The position numbers and the translations under genes are program-made. DNA of 64,000 nucleotides, taken from contig OZ251997.1 of NCBI GenBank assembly GCA_965247095.1, forward strand, positions 4,448,001 through 4,512,000. Reading direction: 5' to 3'. Of this stretch, positions 47,885 to 56,315 are shown in pieces. Source of the stretch: Candidatus Multivorans sp. GTDB lineage: Bacteria; Acidobacteriota; Thermoanaerobaculia; Multivoradales; Multivoraceae. Positions within the stretch are counted from its first letter, which is position 1. Each line of letters begins with the position of its first letter. The notes below the pieces were generated by a model. The model saw only the letters and a list, made by a program, of their open reading frames with translations, searched no databases and had not been told where the DNA came from.

Positions 47885-50067
47885 TCCGCGGCCTCCGTGC
47901 CCGCTTCGCCGGCCGTCTCTTCGATCAGGCCGTGGTAGAGGCCGAGGTAGTAGGGCAGCAGGAAGCTCGCGCCGTCGGCCAGGTAGCGGCCCTGGCCGCC
48001 GTGATCGAGTAGCCACGGGTCGTGGTTCCAGTGGTTCACATAGCGTTCGTCGATCGGCAGCACACGACCGTCGATCAGGTGGCCCCGCGGACCGCGGCGT
48101 TCCTCCTGGGCGCGCAGCAGGACGATGTCCTGGCGGTGGCTGTTCGTGAGCGCCCAGTCGAAGCGGTCGAGGGGGTAGAGGACCAGACTCTCCACGGCGT
48201 CGTGGAGGGGGAAGTCGCCGCGGCTGTAGGTTTCGTCGTCGAAGGCGTCGCGGTAGCTGGCGCCGTCGATTGCGGCGGCGTGGATGAAGTCGAACAGGGG
48301 ATTCCGCTCGGGCTGGAGGAGCTTCCAGTACTGGCGCAGCGAGTGGGCAACGACGCTCCGCAGCGCCTCGTCCCGCTCGTACTTCAGCAGGTGGTAGTAG
48401 TTCATGAACGCCATCTCGTCGTCGGACTGGTTGCCGGTGCCGGGGCCGCTCTGGACCTTCGGGTTGCGCAGGTTGGCGGCGTAGGCGTGGTCGTCGAGGA
48501 GAGTGCGGGCGGCTTCGGCGTAGCGCTGGCCGCGACGGGCGTCGTCGGCGGAACCGGAGTAGCTCATGTGCTCGGCGATCCGCAGGTAGGTCAGGTAGGA
48601 GAGCGAGTTGAGGCCCCGCTCCTCCCACCACTCCCGGTCGTCGTTCAGTTGCTCCGGGCCGAACACCGCCCAGCGGGTTGGTTTGCCGTCGTGGTCGACG
48701 AGCGCGCCGCCGTGGTCGACCAGGTGGTCGACGATCGCCAGCACGGTTTCGCGTACCTCGGCGCGTTCGGCGTCGCCTCGCGCGACCAGGTCGTAGTAGA
48801 GGCCGTAGAAGAAGAAGTGGCCGTCCAGTTCGTCGGAGCTCGTGTCGCTTTTCCAGTACCACTTGCCGTCGGCATTCGTGGGCCAGCGCGGGTCGATGAT
48901 CTTCCAGAGTCCGTCTCGTTCCTCGCGCAGTTGGCGGTCGCGTTCCGCCTGGCCGGCGTTCGGGTCCGGGCCGTCGGCCGGCAGGATGGAGCGGGCGACG
49001 AAGCCGGGCAGCGCCGGCGGCGTGCCGCCCTGGGTCACGAGCTGCAGGAAGCGGAGCGCTTCAAAGGCCTGACGCGCCCGCTTGCGAGCCTCGGGATCAC
49101 CGGTGACCGCCCAGCGCAAGCACTCCGCGGCGCCGTACATCGCGGTCCACAGGCCGTCGTTGTCGCTGTCGTGTTGGGTGAACGCCGATGTCTCGCCCGC
49201 CCGCTCGAGCGCCACGCCGCCGACGTAGCCGTAGGGAGTGCGACGGTGGAAACGGTCGATCTGCCGGTCGAAGTGGTCCGCCTTCTGCCGCAGGGTCGTC
49301 GGCCGCAGGTGGATCGCGCCAGGTCCGGCGGCGGTCTCGACCCGGACCGCGCCGTCCGGCTCGACCTCGACCGCCAGCACATGGTCGTGCGGGAGCCAGC
49401 GCCGCCCCTGCCGGTACTGCCAGCGGGGCTTGGCGCGGCGCGCCGCCCTCGGGCCGCCGTTCGACTCTGCTCCTGGGAACGCGGGCGTCTCGCCCGCATC
49501 CGGGGATGCGGCGGTCTCTTCGTTCAACCCGGGCATCAAGTGAACCAGGCCGCGCGTCGTTCCGGCCCAGATCGAGCCGTCCGGCGCCGCGGCGAGGCTG
49601 GTGAAGTCGTTCCAGGGCAGACCGTCGGTGCGGTCGTAGAGCCGCCAGGTACCGGTGAAGAGGTCGAGCGCGCCCATGCCCTGGGGTGAGGCGAACCACA
49701 GCCTGCCGTCGTAGTCGAACGTCACCGCCCGGACATCGACGGGCGCCCAACTCCGGTCGCCTTCGTGGGGAAACAGACGTCGCCAGGCGGTCTCGGCGCC
49801 GGATCGCAGGTAGAGGCCGTCGGACGAGGCGGCGGCGATGCTGAGGGTGGCGGCATCCGTGGCGACTCCACGGAATTCGCCGGGGGCGTCGGCGGTGCTG
49901 GTGGGGGAGGGCGCGGGCGCCGCTGGTGACGCGTCGGTTTCGTTGGGCGGGGCGTACTCGGCGACCTGCTGCAGGAACGGTCCGATGCGGACCGGCAGTT
50001 CGGTCTGGGCCGGCGCGGCGAGCGGCAGGAGCAAGAGCCCCAGCAGTGTCAGGATGCGCTGGTTCAC
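47881..50067 (-). CDS. secreted beta-propeller plus helical catalytic-like domain protein
   Basis: Signal peptide; DGRLWFAS and DGLP..DGSIWAGT propeller repeats; DSDNDGLWT, DTSSDELDGH. Confidence 0.7.
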   Translation of the reverse strand: MNQRILTLLGLLLLPLAAPAQTELPVRIGPFLQQVAEYAPPNETDASPAAPAPSPTSTADAPGEFRGVATDAATLSIAAASSDGLYLRSGAETAWRRLFPHEGDRSWAPVDVRAVTFDYDGRLWFASPQGMGALDLFTGTWRLYDRTDGLPWNDFTSLAAAPDGSIWAGTTRGLVHLMPGLNEETAASPDAGETPAFPGAESNGGPRAARRAKPRWQYRQGRRWLPHDHVLAVEVEPDGAVRVETAAGPGAIHLRPTTLRQKADHFDRQIDRFHRRTPYGYVGGVALERAGETSAFTQHDSDNDGLWTAMYGAAECLRWAVTGDPEARKRARQAFEALRFLQLVTQGGTPPALPGFVARSILPADGPDPNAGQAERDRQLREERDGLWKIIDPRWPTNADGKWYWKSDTSSDELDGHFFFYGLYYDLVARGDAERAEVRETVLAIVDHLVDHGGALVDHDGKPTRWAVFGPEQLNDDREWWEERGLNSLSYLTYLRIAEHMSYSGSADDARRGQRYAEAARTLLDDHAYAANLRNPKVQSGPGTGNQSDDEMAFMNYYHLLKYERDEALRSVVAHSLRQYWKLLQPERNPLFDFIHAAAIDGASYRDAFDDETYSRGDFPLHDAVESLVLYPLDRFDWALTNSHRQDIVLLRAQEERRGPRGHLIDGRVLPIDERYVNHWNHDPWLLDHGGQGRYLADGASFLLPYYLGLYHGLIEETAGEAGTEAAE
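49472..49503 (+). repeat. REP-like palindrome inside a CDS
   Basis: First 15 and last 12 bp identical to 17519-17550; hairpin preserved. Confidence 0.7.
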
Positions 50068-50114
50068 GCGCCGAAGCCTAGCGCCGTGGGTCCGGCAGAC
50101 CGTCGGCCACACCT

Positions 50115-50495
50115 TCAGGCGCGCAGGGTCCGGACCCCGTAGAGCTGCATATGGGTATCGCGAGTCACGAGCGTCAGCCCCTCGGCCTGAGCCTGGGCAA
50201 TCAGGAATCGATCGAACGGGTCCTTGTGATGCATCGGTAGGCGCGCCGCCTGCTCGGCGTGGTGGAAGGCGAGCGGCAGGTGGGTGAAGCCCTTCTCATC
50301 GACCATCGCGGCCAGGTTCTCGGGGGCGTCCATCTGGCCTTTGAGGCGCTTGACCGTGATCTCCCACGCGGTGATGGCGCTGACGAAGATCTCGTTGCGC
50401 GGGTCCTCAATCGCGGCTCGCGACGTGTCGCGCAGTTTCCTGGGGTCGGACAGGCACCACAGGAACGCGTGCGTGTCGAGCAGCAAGCGCTCCAC
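50115..50495 (-). CDS. vapC: PIN-domain VapC toxin
   Basis: LLDTHAFLW, SAITAWEI, HKDPFDRFLIAQA. Confidence 0.92.
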   Translation of the reverse strand: MERLLLDTHAFLWCLSDPRKLRDTSRAAIEDPRNEIFVSAITAWEITVKRLKGQMDAPENLAAMVDEKGFTHLPLAFHHAEQAARLPMHHKDPFDRFLIAQAQAEGLTLVTRDTHMQLYGVRTLRA

Positions 50496-50498
50496 GTG

Positions 50499-50750
50499 TC
50501 AGGTCTCGTCCGGGAAGATTTTCGAGTTCATCATCAGCTCGAAGAGCTCTTCGTCCGGCTCATCGAAGTCCGGTGACATCCAGATCTTCCCTTCCAGTCC
50601 TCCCATCTTTCGTGGCTTCAGCTTCTCCCGGTAGGGCTCAAGCCGCAGGTACGGCTCGCCCGCCTTGGCAATGATGACTTCCTCGCCTTCCCAGGCCAGC
50701 TTGCCCAGGCGCGAGAGCTGTGACTTCGCTTCGTGCATGTTCACCTGCAT
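50499..50750 (-). CDS. Phd/YefM family antitoxin
   Basis: MQVNMHEAKSQLSRL..GEEVIIAKAGEP. Confidence 0.92.
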   Translation of the reverse strand: MQVNMHEAKSQLSRLGKLAWEGEEVIIAKAGEPYLRLEPYREKLKPRKMGGLEGKIWMSPDFDEPDEELFELMMNSKIFPDET

Positions 50751-50842
50751 CTTTCTCCCCTCCGGAGTCGGCCTAGCTAAGTCTGGCTAAGTTCAGCTCT
50801 GGCGTCAAGGAGGCAAGGCGGCCTCATGGCAGAGTCGCCGCC

Positions 50843-51866
50843 ATGGCCGGCACCCAACTCCGCGTCCTCCGAGCATCTGAGATCGAGGCCCTCCTCCACC
50901 TGCTCGACGGCTGGCCCTTTCCCGACGGACAGCGGGGACGGGACTTCTTCCGGCGGTACATCGAACTCGATCCCGCGTTCGAACCGCGCAACGTGTGGGT
51001 CGCGGAGCAGGACGGCGACCTGGTGTCGTGCGTTCAGATCTTCCCGCGCCGGGTGCGGATCGGCGGCCGGATCCTGCCCATGGGTGGGGTCGGCAGCGTC
51101 TTCACCCGGCCGGACTGCCGGCGCCGCGGACTGGCCGGCGCCCTCCTGGAGCGCATGATCGACGCGATGCGGGAGCGGGGGATGGTGTTGTCGTACCTGC
51201 TGGCCGAACGGCTGAAGTGGTACGGCGAATATGGGTACCGCCCGTGGTCGAGAGGCTGGCGAACTTTGCACTCGGCCGACCGCTCCATGTCGGCCGTTCC
51301 CGGGGCGCGCCGCTACGACCCGGCGACCGACCGCGACGGACTGGAACGCCTCTGGCGCGTCTACGCGGAGGGCGCCGGCGGCGTGCCACTCGACGGCATC
51401 GTCCACCGAGACGCCGAGGGCTGGCGGGGCAGCTTCCAGCTCGCCGGGAACCCGGACGAGGACATCTGGGTCGCCGACGGCGGTTCCGGCCTCGAAGCCT
51501 ACCTCCGGGTCACCGAGATAGGCGGCCGCCTCCGCGTCCTGGAGTGGGGCCGCGAGCGTGAAGCGGCTCAGGCCCTGTGCGAGCTGGTGACGGCCGCTAT
51601 GGCCGGCCGTGGCGTTCAGTCGATCCGGTTGCCCTTGGTCCGCGACGATGCGGTGGAAGAAGCGTTTGCCGATGCCGGCGCGCGGATCGAGACCCAACCT
51701 GCCTGGGATGAACTGCCTCCGGACACCCCGCCGCCGGCAACCTGGATGGTGCGGTGCCTGGATGACGACGCGCTGGCCGACCCTCGGCGTGGCCAGAGAA
51801 GGCGACGTCCTGGCCCGCTGCCTGCCGCCGGAGCGCTTCGCGTTCTGGGAGGCGGACCGGTTTTGA
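50843..51866 (+). CDS. Eis-like GNAT acetyltransferase with probable frameshift near 51780
   Basis: MGGVGSVFTRPDCRRRGLA; plausible C-terminus ..FAFWEADRF* lies in the +1 frame. Confidence 0.7.
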
Positions 51867-51932
51867 GCTGCGTGCAGGCGCCTCAGGTGCCGGTGGCGGC
51901 GTGCTTGCAGGGAACAAGGACGGCACCGGCTC

Positions 51933-52127
51933 TCAGATGAGGCCGTAGCCGATCTCATCGACGATTCCGGTGAGCACGCGATGCATGAGCAGGTCGGCCA
52001 GCGCGCGGTGGAAGCGGGTCTCGGACGCGATCGGTGACGGCTCGAGCTGTCCGAACGCGACCGTCGTCAGGCTGGGCTCAGTGGTGCGGAGCCGATCGGG
52101 GTCAGGCCTCCGAGGCAGTTTGGCCAC
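51933..52127 (-). pseudogene. truncated RES-domain toxin-like remnant
   Basis: MAKLPRRPDPDRLR start and ADLL..GYGL end with the core missing. Confidence 0.4.
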
Positions 52128-52136
52128 TGTCTCTGG

Positions 52137-52379
52137 TCAGAGCCGCCGGGCGAGCATCGTGAGTCTCATCACGGCGCCGCCGCTGCGAAGCCACGCCAGC
52201 GGGCTCACGCAGGTGTCCACATCGTCGTCCAGGAACAGATCGGGATCGGGCGCCGTGTACCAGGCGTAGACCTCGACGGGATGGAGGTCGGGGCTCAGCG
52301 CGGTATTTACCTTGGCGATGTTGGGCACCAGGGGTCCGCTCTGCTTGAACTGAAAGATCGGAATGTACCGGCGGTTGTC
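52137..52379 (-). pseudogene. 5'-truncated antitoxin-like fragment
   Basis: YIPIFQF..DLHPVEVYAWYTAPDPDL..SPLAWLRSGG, preceded by an in-frame TAG. Confidence 0.5.
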
Positions 52380-52514
52380 CTACGCGATCGCTCCATCCTC
52401 GACAAGTCTCCTGGGGATGTTGGCGGTCTCCGCCGGCAGGACCGGCCCAGACTTGCGACCTACTACGGAGGGTGGCCGGATTCCGTTTGTCTGGCCCCCG
52501 CTAGACTCCCTTTC

Positions 52515-53054
52515 ATGCAGGTCCTCGACCCGTCCTGGGAGGGTTCTCCGCCGTTCCTGGCACCGGCGCCTCGGTTGAAGGCACTGACCGGGATCGACGT
52601 GGCGTTGCTCTCGAACGGCAAGGCGGGCGTCGAGCCGCTCTTCGATCACGTGGAGACTCTGCTGCGGGTCCGCTGGCGTGCCGCCTCGGTGGAGCGGGCG
52701 ACGAAGGGGAACTACAGCGCTCCAGCGGAGCCGGATCTGGTGCGCCGGCTGGCCAGGCGGCGACTGGTGATTACCGGCGTCGGTGACTGAGGGAGCTGCT
52801 CGTCGTGCAGTCTGCATGACGCGGTGACCTTCGAGCGGGCGGGTGTGCCGGCGGTCGGGGTGATGACGTCGGCCTTCGTCGACGGCGCCGAGTTGATGGC
52901 CGTGGCCTGCGGGGCGCCGGACTACCGGTTCGCCGTGATCGAGCATCCGATCAGCAGCGCGAGCGATGGAGAGCTCCTGGAACGGGCGGGCGAGATCGTG
53001 CGCCAGGTGGAGAAACTGGTGCTCGCTCGGGCGGATGTGGAGACAGCGCCCTGA
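52515..53054 (+). CDS. UGSC-family selenoprotein (thioredoxin-like; Sec at TGA 52788-52790)
   Basis: Two in-frame ORFs join as ITGVGD-U-GSCSSCSLHD; LLSNGK, HPIS motifs. Confidence 0.85.
52801..52821 (+). promoter_or_regulatory. bacterial SECIS-like hairpin
   Basis: CGTCGTGC-AGTCT-GCATGACG starting 10 nt after the TGA. Confidence 0.65.
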
Positions 53055-53092
53055 CCGCCCGCCGCCAGGCCCCCGCCGCCGTCCTCGCGGCA

Positions 53093-54238
53093 GTGGTGGC
53101 CGCTGCTGCGGCGCTGCTCGCGGCGCCTGTGGTAGCCGAGAAAGGCGTGGTCCTCGCGGAGTTCATCTTCGAGACGGCGCCGCACCCCGAATGCCACGCC
53201 TCGACGATCGCCGAGACCGCCTCCGGCGTGCTCGTTGCCGCGTGGTTCGGCGGCACCGAAGAGCGCAACGCCGATGTCGGCATCTGGTTCAGCCGGCTTG
53301 AAGCCGAGCGGGCCGAGTCGGCCTCGGCCCCCGCGTCGCCGAGCGGCCGCTGGACGCCGCCGGTCGAAGTCGCGAACGGCGTCCAGGCCGGCGGCGCCCG
53401 CTACCCGACCTGGAATCCGGTGCTCTACCAGCCGCCGCGGGACGGCGCGCCGCTGCTCCTGTTCTACAAGGTCGGCCCGAGCCCGCCTCTGTGGTGGGGC
53501 ATGGTCATGGAGTCGGAAGACGACGGCCGCTCGTGGAGCGCGTCGCGGCGGCTGCCGGACGGCATTCTCGGACCGATCAAGAACAAGCCGATCACCCAGG
53601 TCGACGGTTCGCTGCTCGCCGGGTCGAGTATCGAGGACGCGCCCGAGCCGCCCGCCTGGAGGGCGCACTTCGAACGCTCGACGGACCTCGGGCGGACCTG
53701 GACGCGCAGCGACCGGCTGGCCGGCAGAACGGCCGGCGGCGAGGACTTCTGGGTCATTCAGCCGACGATCCTGACCCTCGGTGACGGCGAACTCCTGGCG
53801 CTGTTCCGCTCCAAGCAGAGCCGGATCGCCGCTTCCCGCTCCGCCGACGCGGGTAGGACCTGGGGACCGATCTTCGGAACCGCTCTGCCGAACCCCGACG
53901 CCGGCGTCGACGCCGTGACCCTGGCGGACGGGCGGCACCTCCTGATCTACAACCACAAGGTGCGGATCAATGGCGCCTGGGCCGGATCGCGCTCTCGCCT
54001 GAACGCGGCGCTCTCGGACGACGGCGACGCCTGGGACGCATCGCTCATGCTGGAAGACCAGGACGGTGAGTACTCGTACCCCGCGGTCATCCAGACCCGC
54101 GACGGGCGCGTGCACGTGACCTACACCCACCGGCGCACCCGAATCCGGCACCTGGTGCTCGATCCGGCCGCGCTGCCGCGGCATCCGATGTCCGGCGCCG
54201 AGTGGCCGGACGAAGCGCCGGTGCTGGCGCCCGAGTGA
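53093..54238 (+). CDS. BNR/Asp-box sialidase family protein
   Basis: CHASTIAE; Asp-boxes SEDDGRSW, STDLGRTW, SADAGRTW, SDDGDAW; YSYP. Confidence 0.88.
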   Translation: MVAAAAALLAAPVVAEKGVVLAEFIFETAPHPECHASTIAETASGVLVAAWFGGTEERNADVGIWFSRLEAERAESASAPASPSGRWTPPVEVANGVQAGGARYPTWNPVLYQPPRDGAPLLLFYKVGPSPPLWWGMVMESEDDGRSWSASRRLPDGILGPIKNKPITQVDGSLLAGSSIEDAPEPPAWRAHFERSTDLGRTWTRSDRLAGRTAGGEDFWVIQPTILTLGDGELLALFRSKQSRIAASRSADAGRTWGPIFGTALPNPDAGVDAVTLADGRHLLIYNHKVRINGAWAGSRSRLNAALSDDGDAWDASLMLEDQDGEYSYPAVIQTRDGRVHVTYTHRRTRIRHLVLDPAALPRHPMSGAEWPDEAPVLAPE

Positions 54239-55719
54239 CTGGCGGCCTCGATCTCTTCGTCTTCGCCGCCTATCTGCTGGCGGTCATCGCTCTCGGCCTC
54301 TCCCTGGCGCGGCGGAGCCGGACGGCGCGCGGCTTCATGATCGCCGGCGGCGCGCTGCCGGGCTGGGCGGTGGGCCTGTCGATGTTCGGCACCTTCCTCT
54401 CCAGCAACACCTTCATCGGCGTGCCGGGCCAGGCGTTCGCCGGCAACTGGAACGCGTTCGTGTTCTCGCTGTCGCTGCCGGTGGCGGCCTTCCTGGCGGC
54501 GCGCTGGTGGATCCCGTTCTACCGGCGCGGCGGCGCGGTGTCGGCCTACCACCACTTGGAGGCTCGCTTCGGCCGCTGGGCGCGGACCTATGCCGTCGCC
54601 TGTTATCTGCTGACCCAGTTCGCGCGCGTCGGCTCCATCCTGTTCGGCGTCGCGTTGGCGATGAACATACTGACCGGCTGGCCGGTGACCTGGATCATCC
54701 TGAGCACTGGCGTCGTGGTCACGATCTACACCCTGATCGGCGGCATCGAGGCGGTCATCTGGACCGATGTGATCCAGAGCGTCGTGCTGACCGTCGGCGC
54801 CCTGTTCGTGGTCGGGCTCCTGATCGTCGACGCGCCGGGAGGGCTGGGCGGACTCGTCGAGACGGCTCAGGCGGCGGACAAGTTCTCGCTCGGCAGCTTC
54901 GCATTCGACTTCACGACCTCGACCTTCTGGGTCGTTCTGATCTACGGCCTGTTCATCAACTTCAACAACTTCGGCATCGACCAGAGCTATGTGCAGCGCT
55001 ACCACGCAGCGAACAGCGACCGCGCGGCCTCGCGCTCCGTGTGGCTGGCGGCCGGCCTCTACCTGCCGGTGTCGGCGGTGTTCTTTTTTGTCGGGACCGG
55101 GTTGTTCGTCGTCTTCCAGGGTCAGCCCGAGGCCGCCGGAGTGGCCGCCGACCAGGCTTTCCCGCACTACATCTCGACCCGGCTGCCGGCCGGGGCCGCC
55201 GGCCTCTTGATCGCGGCGCTGTTCGCGGCCGCGATGAGCAGCATCGACACCTCGCTCAACAGCTCGGCGACGGTGTTCCTCTCCGATCTCTACCGCACCT
55301 ACATCCGGCCGGCGCCGGGTCCGGACGGGGCGGAGGCGGAGGACCTGCGGGTGCTGCGTCGGGCGACGGTCGGTGTGGGCGTGCTCGGTACCGGCACCGC
55401 CCTGCTCATGATCGGCGCCGGCAGCCTGCTCGACGTCTGGTGGACCTGGTCGGGAGTGTTCGCCGGCGGCCTGCTCGGGCTGTTCGCGCTCGACCGGCTG
55501 GCGCCGCGGGCGGGCCGGGCCGCGGCCCAGTTGGGGGTCGCGGTCGGCGTGCTGGTCATCGTGTGGATGACGGCCTCGCCGCGCCTTACGGGGGGATTGG
55601 CGATGCTGCGAAACCCGCTGCACAGCTACATGATCACCGTTGTCGGCACGCTGGCCATCTTCGGTGTCGGACTGCTGATCTCGAGGTGGCGGCGGACGGG
55701 GGGCGCTGCGATAGGCTGA
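54235..55719 (+). CDS. sodium:solute symporter
   Basis: GTFLSSNTF, GGIEAVIWTD, DQSYVQRY, AAAMSS; GTGA overlap. Confidence 0.92.
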   Translation: MTGGLDLFVFAAYLLAVIALGLSLARRSRTARGFMIAGGALPGWAVGLSMFGTFLSSNTFIGVPGQAFAGNWNAFVFSLSLPVAAFLAARWWIPFYRRGGAVSAYHHLEARFGRWARTYAVACYLLTQFARVGSILFGVALAMNILTGWPVTWIILSTGVVVTIYTLIGGIEAVIWTDVIQSVVLTVGALFVVGLLIVDAPGGLGGLVETAQAADKFSLGSFAFDFTTSTFWVVLIYGLFINFNNFGIDQSYVQRYHAANSDRAASRSVWLAAGLYLPVSAVFFFVGTGLFVVFQGQPEAAGVAADQAFPHYISTRLPAGAAGLLIAALFAAAMSSIDTSLNSSATVFLSDLYRTYIRPAPGPDGAEAEDLRVLRRATVGVGVLGTGTALLMIGAGSLLDVWWTWSGVFAGGLLGLFALDRLAPRAGRAAAQLGVAVGVLVIVWMTASPRLTGGLAMLRNPLHSYMITVVGTLAIFGVGLLISRWRRTGGAAIG

Positions 55720-56277
55720 ATGCCTCCGATGCTCGCACGAGACCTTCCGTCCGCCCGGCCTGCGGGCCGCCTGCGCCGCGCGGCCCTCGTTCTCGCCACT
55801 TCGCTTCTCGTCCTCGCGCTCGGAGGTTGCGAGAACCGGGGCGACCTGCTGGGCGTCGAGCTCGTGATCTTCACGGTCGGCGAATGGGTGGGCATCGGCC
55901 CTCAGGGAGAGGAGCTGCGCTTCACCATCGAGCGCGACGACGACGAGGCGGTTCTCACCGCGTTCATCGTCAGTCTGCCCGGTCTGGGCGACGTGGCTCA
56001 GGGCGAGCCGGAAGCCTGCGACGAGATGGTCACCGCGTTCAACCGGTTTGGAAATCTCAACGTGCGTATTCCGCTGCGCAACGCCGGCTTCAGGTTCCGC
56101 ACTCCGAACGACTTCCGGGTCGACAATGACGGCTATATCCAAGCGGCGATCATCGGCCGCTTCGACGCGCCGGACAGCGCGATGGTCGACGCCGACATCG
56201 AGATCGACGTGACCCGGGTCCTGCCCTGCCGCGCCGAGTTGATGGTCAGTTGGCAGATGGCGCCGGTGGGTTCCTGA
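55720..56277 (+). CDS. hypothetical lipoprotein
   Basis: LALGGC lipobox. Confidence 0.6.
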   Translation: MPPMLARDLPSARPAGRLRRAALVLATSLLVLALGGCENRGDLLGVELVIFTVGEWVGIGPQGEELRFTIERDDDEAVLTAFIVSLPGLGDVAQGEPEACDEMVTAFNRFGNLNVRIPLRNAGFRFRTPNDFRVDNDGYIQAAIIGRFDAPDSAMVDADIEIDVTRVLPCRAELMVSWQMAPVGS

Positions 56278-56315
56278 GTCGCAGGCAGAGCTACCGGTAA
56301 CGAGAGCGCATCGCG

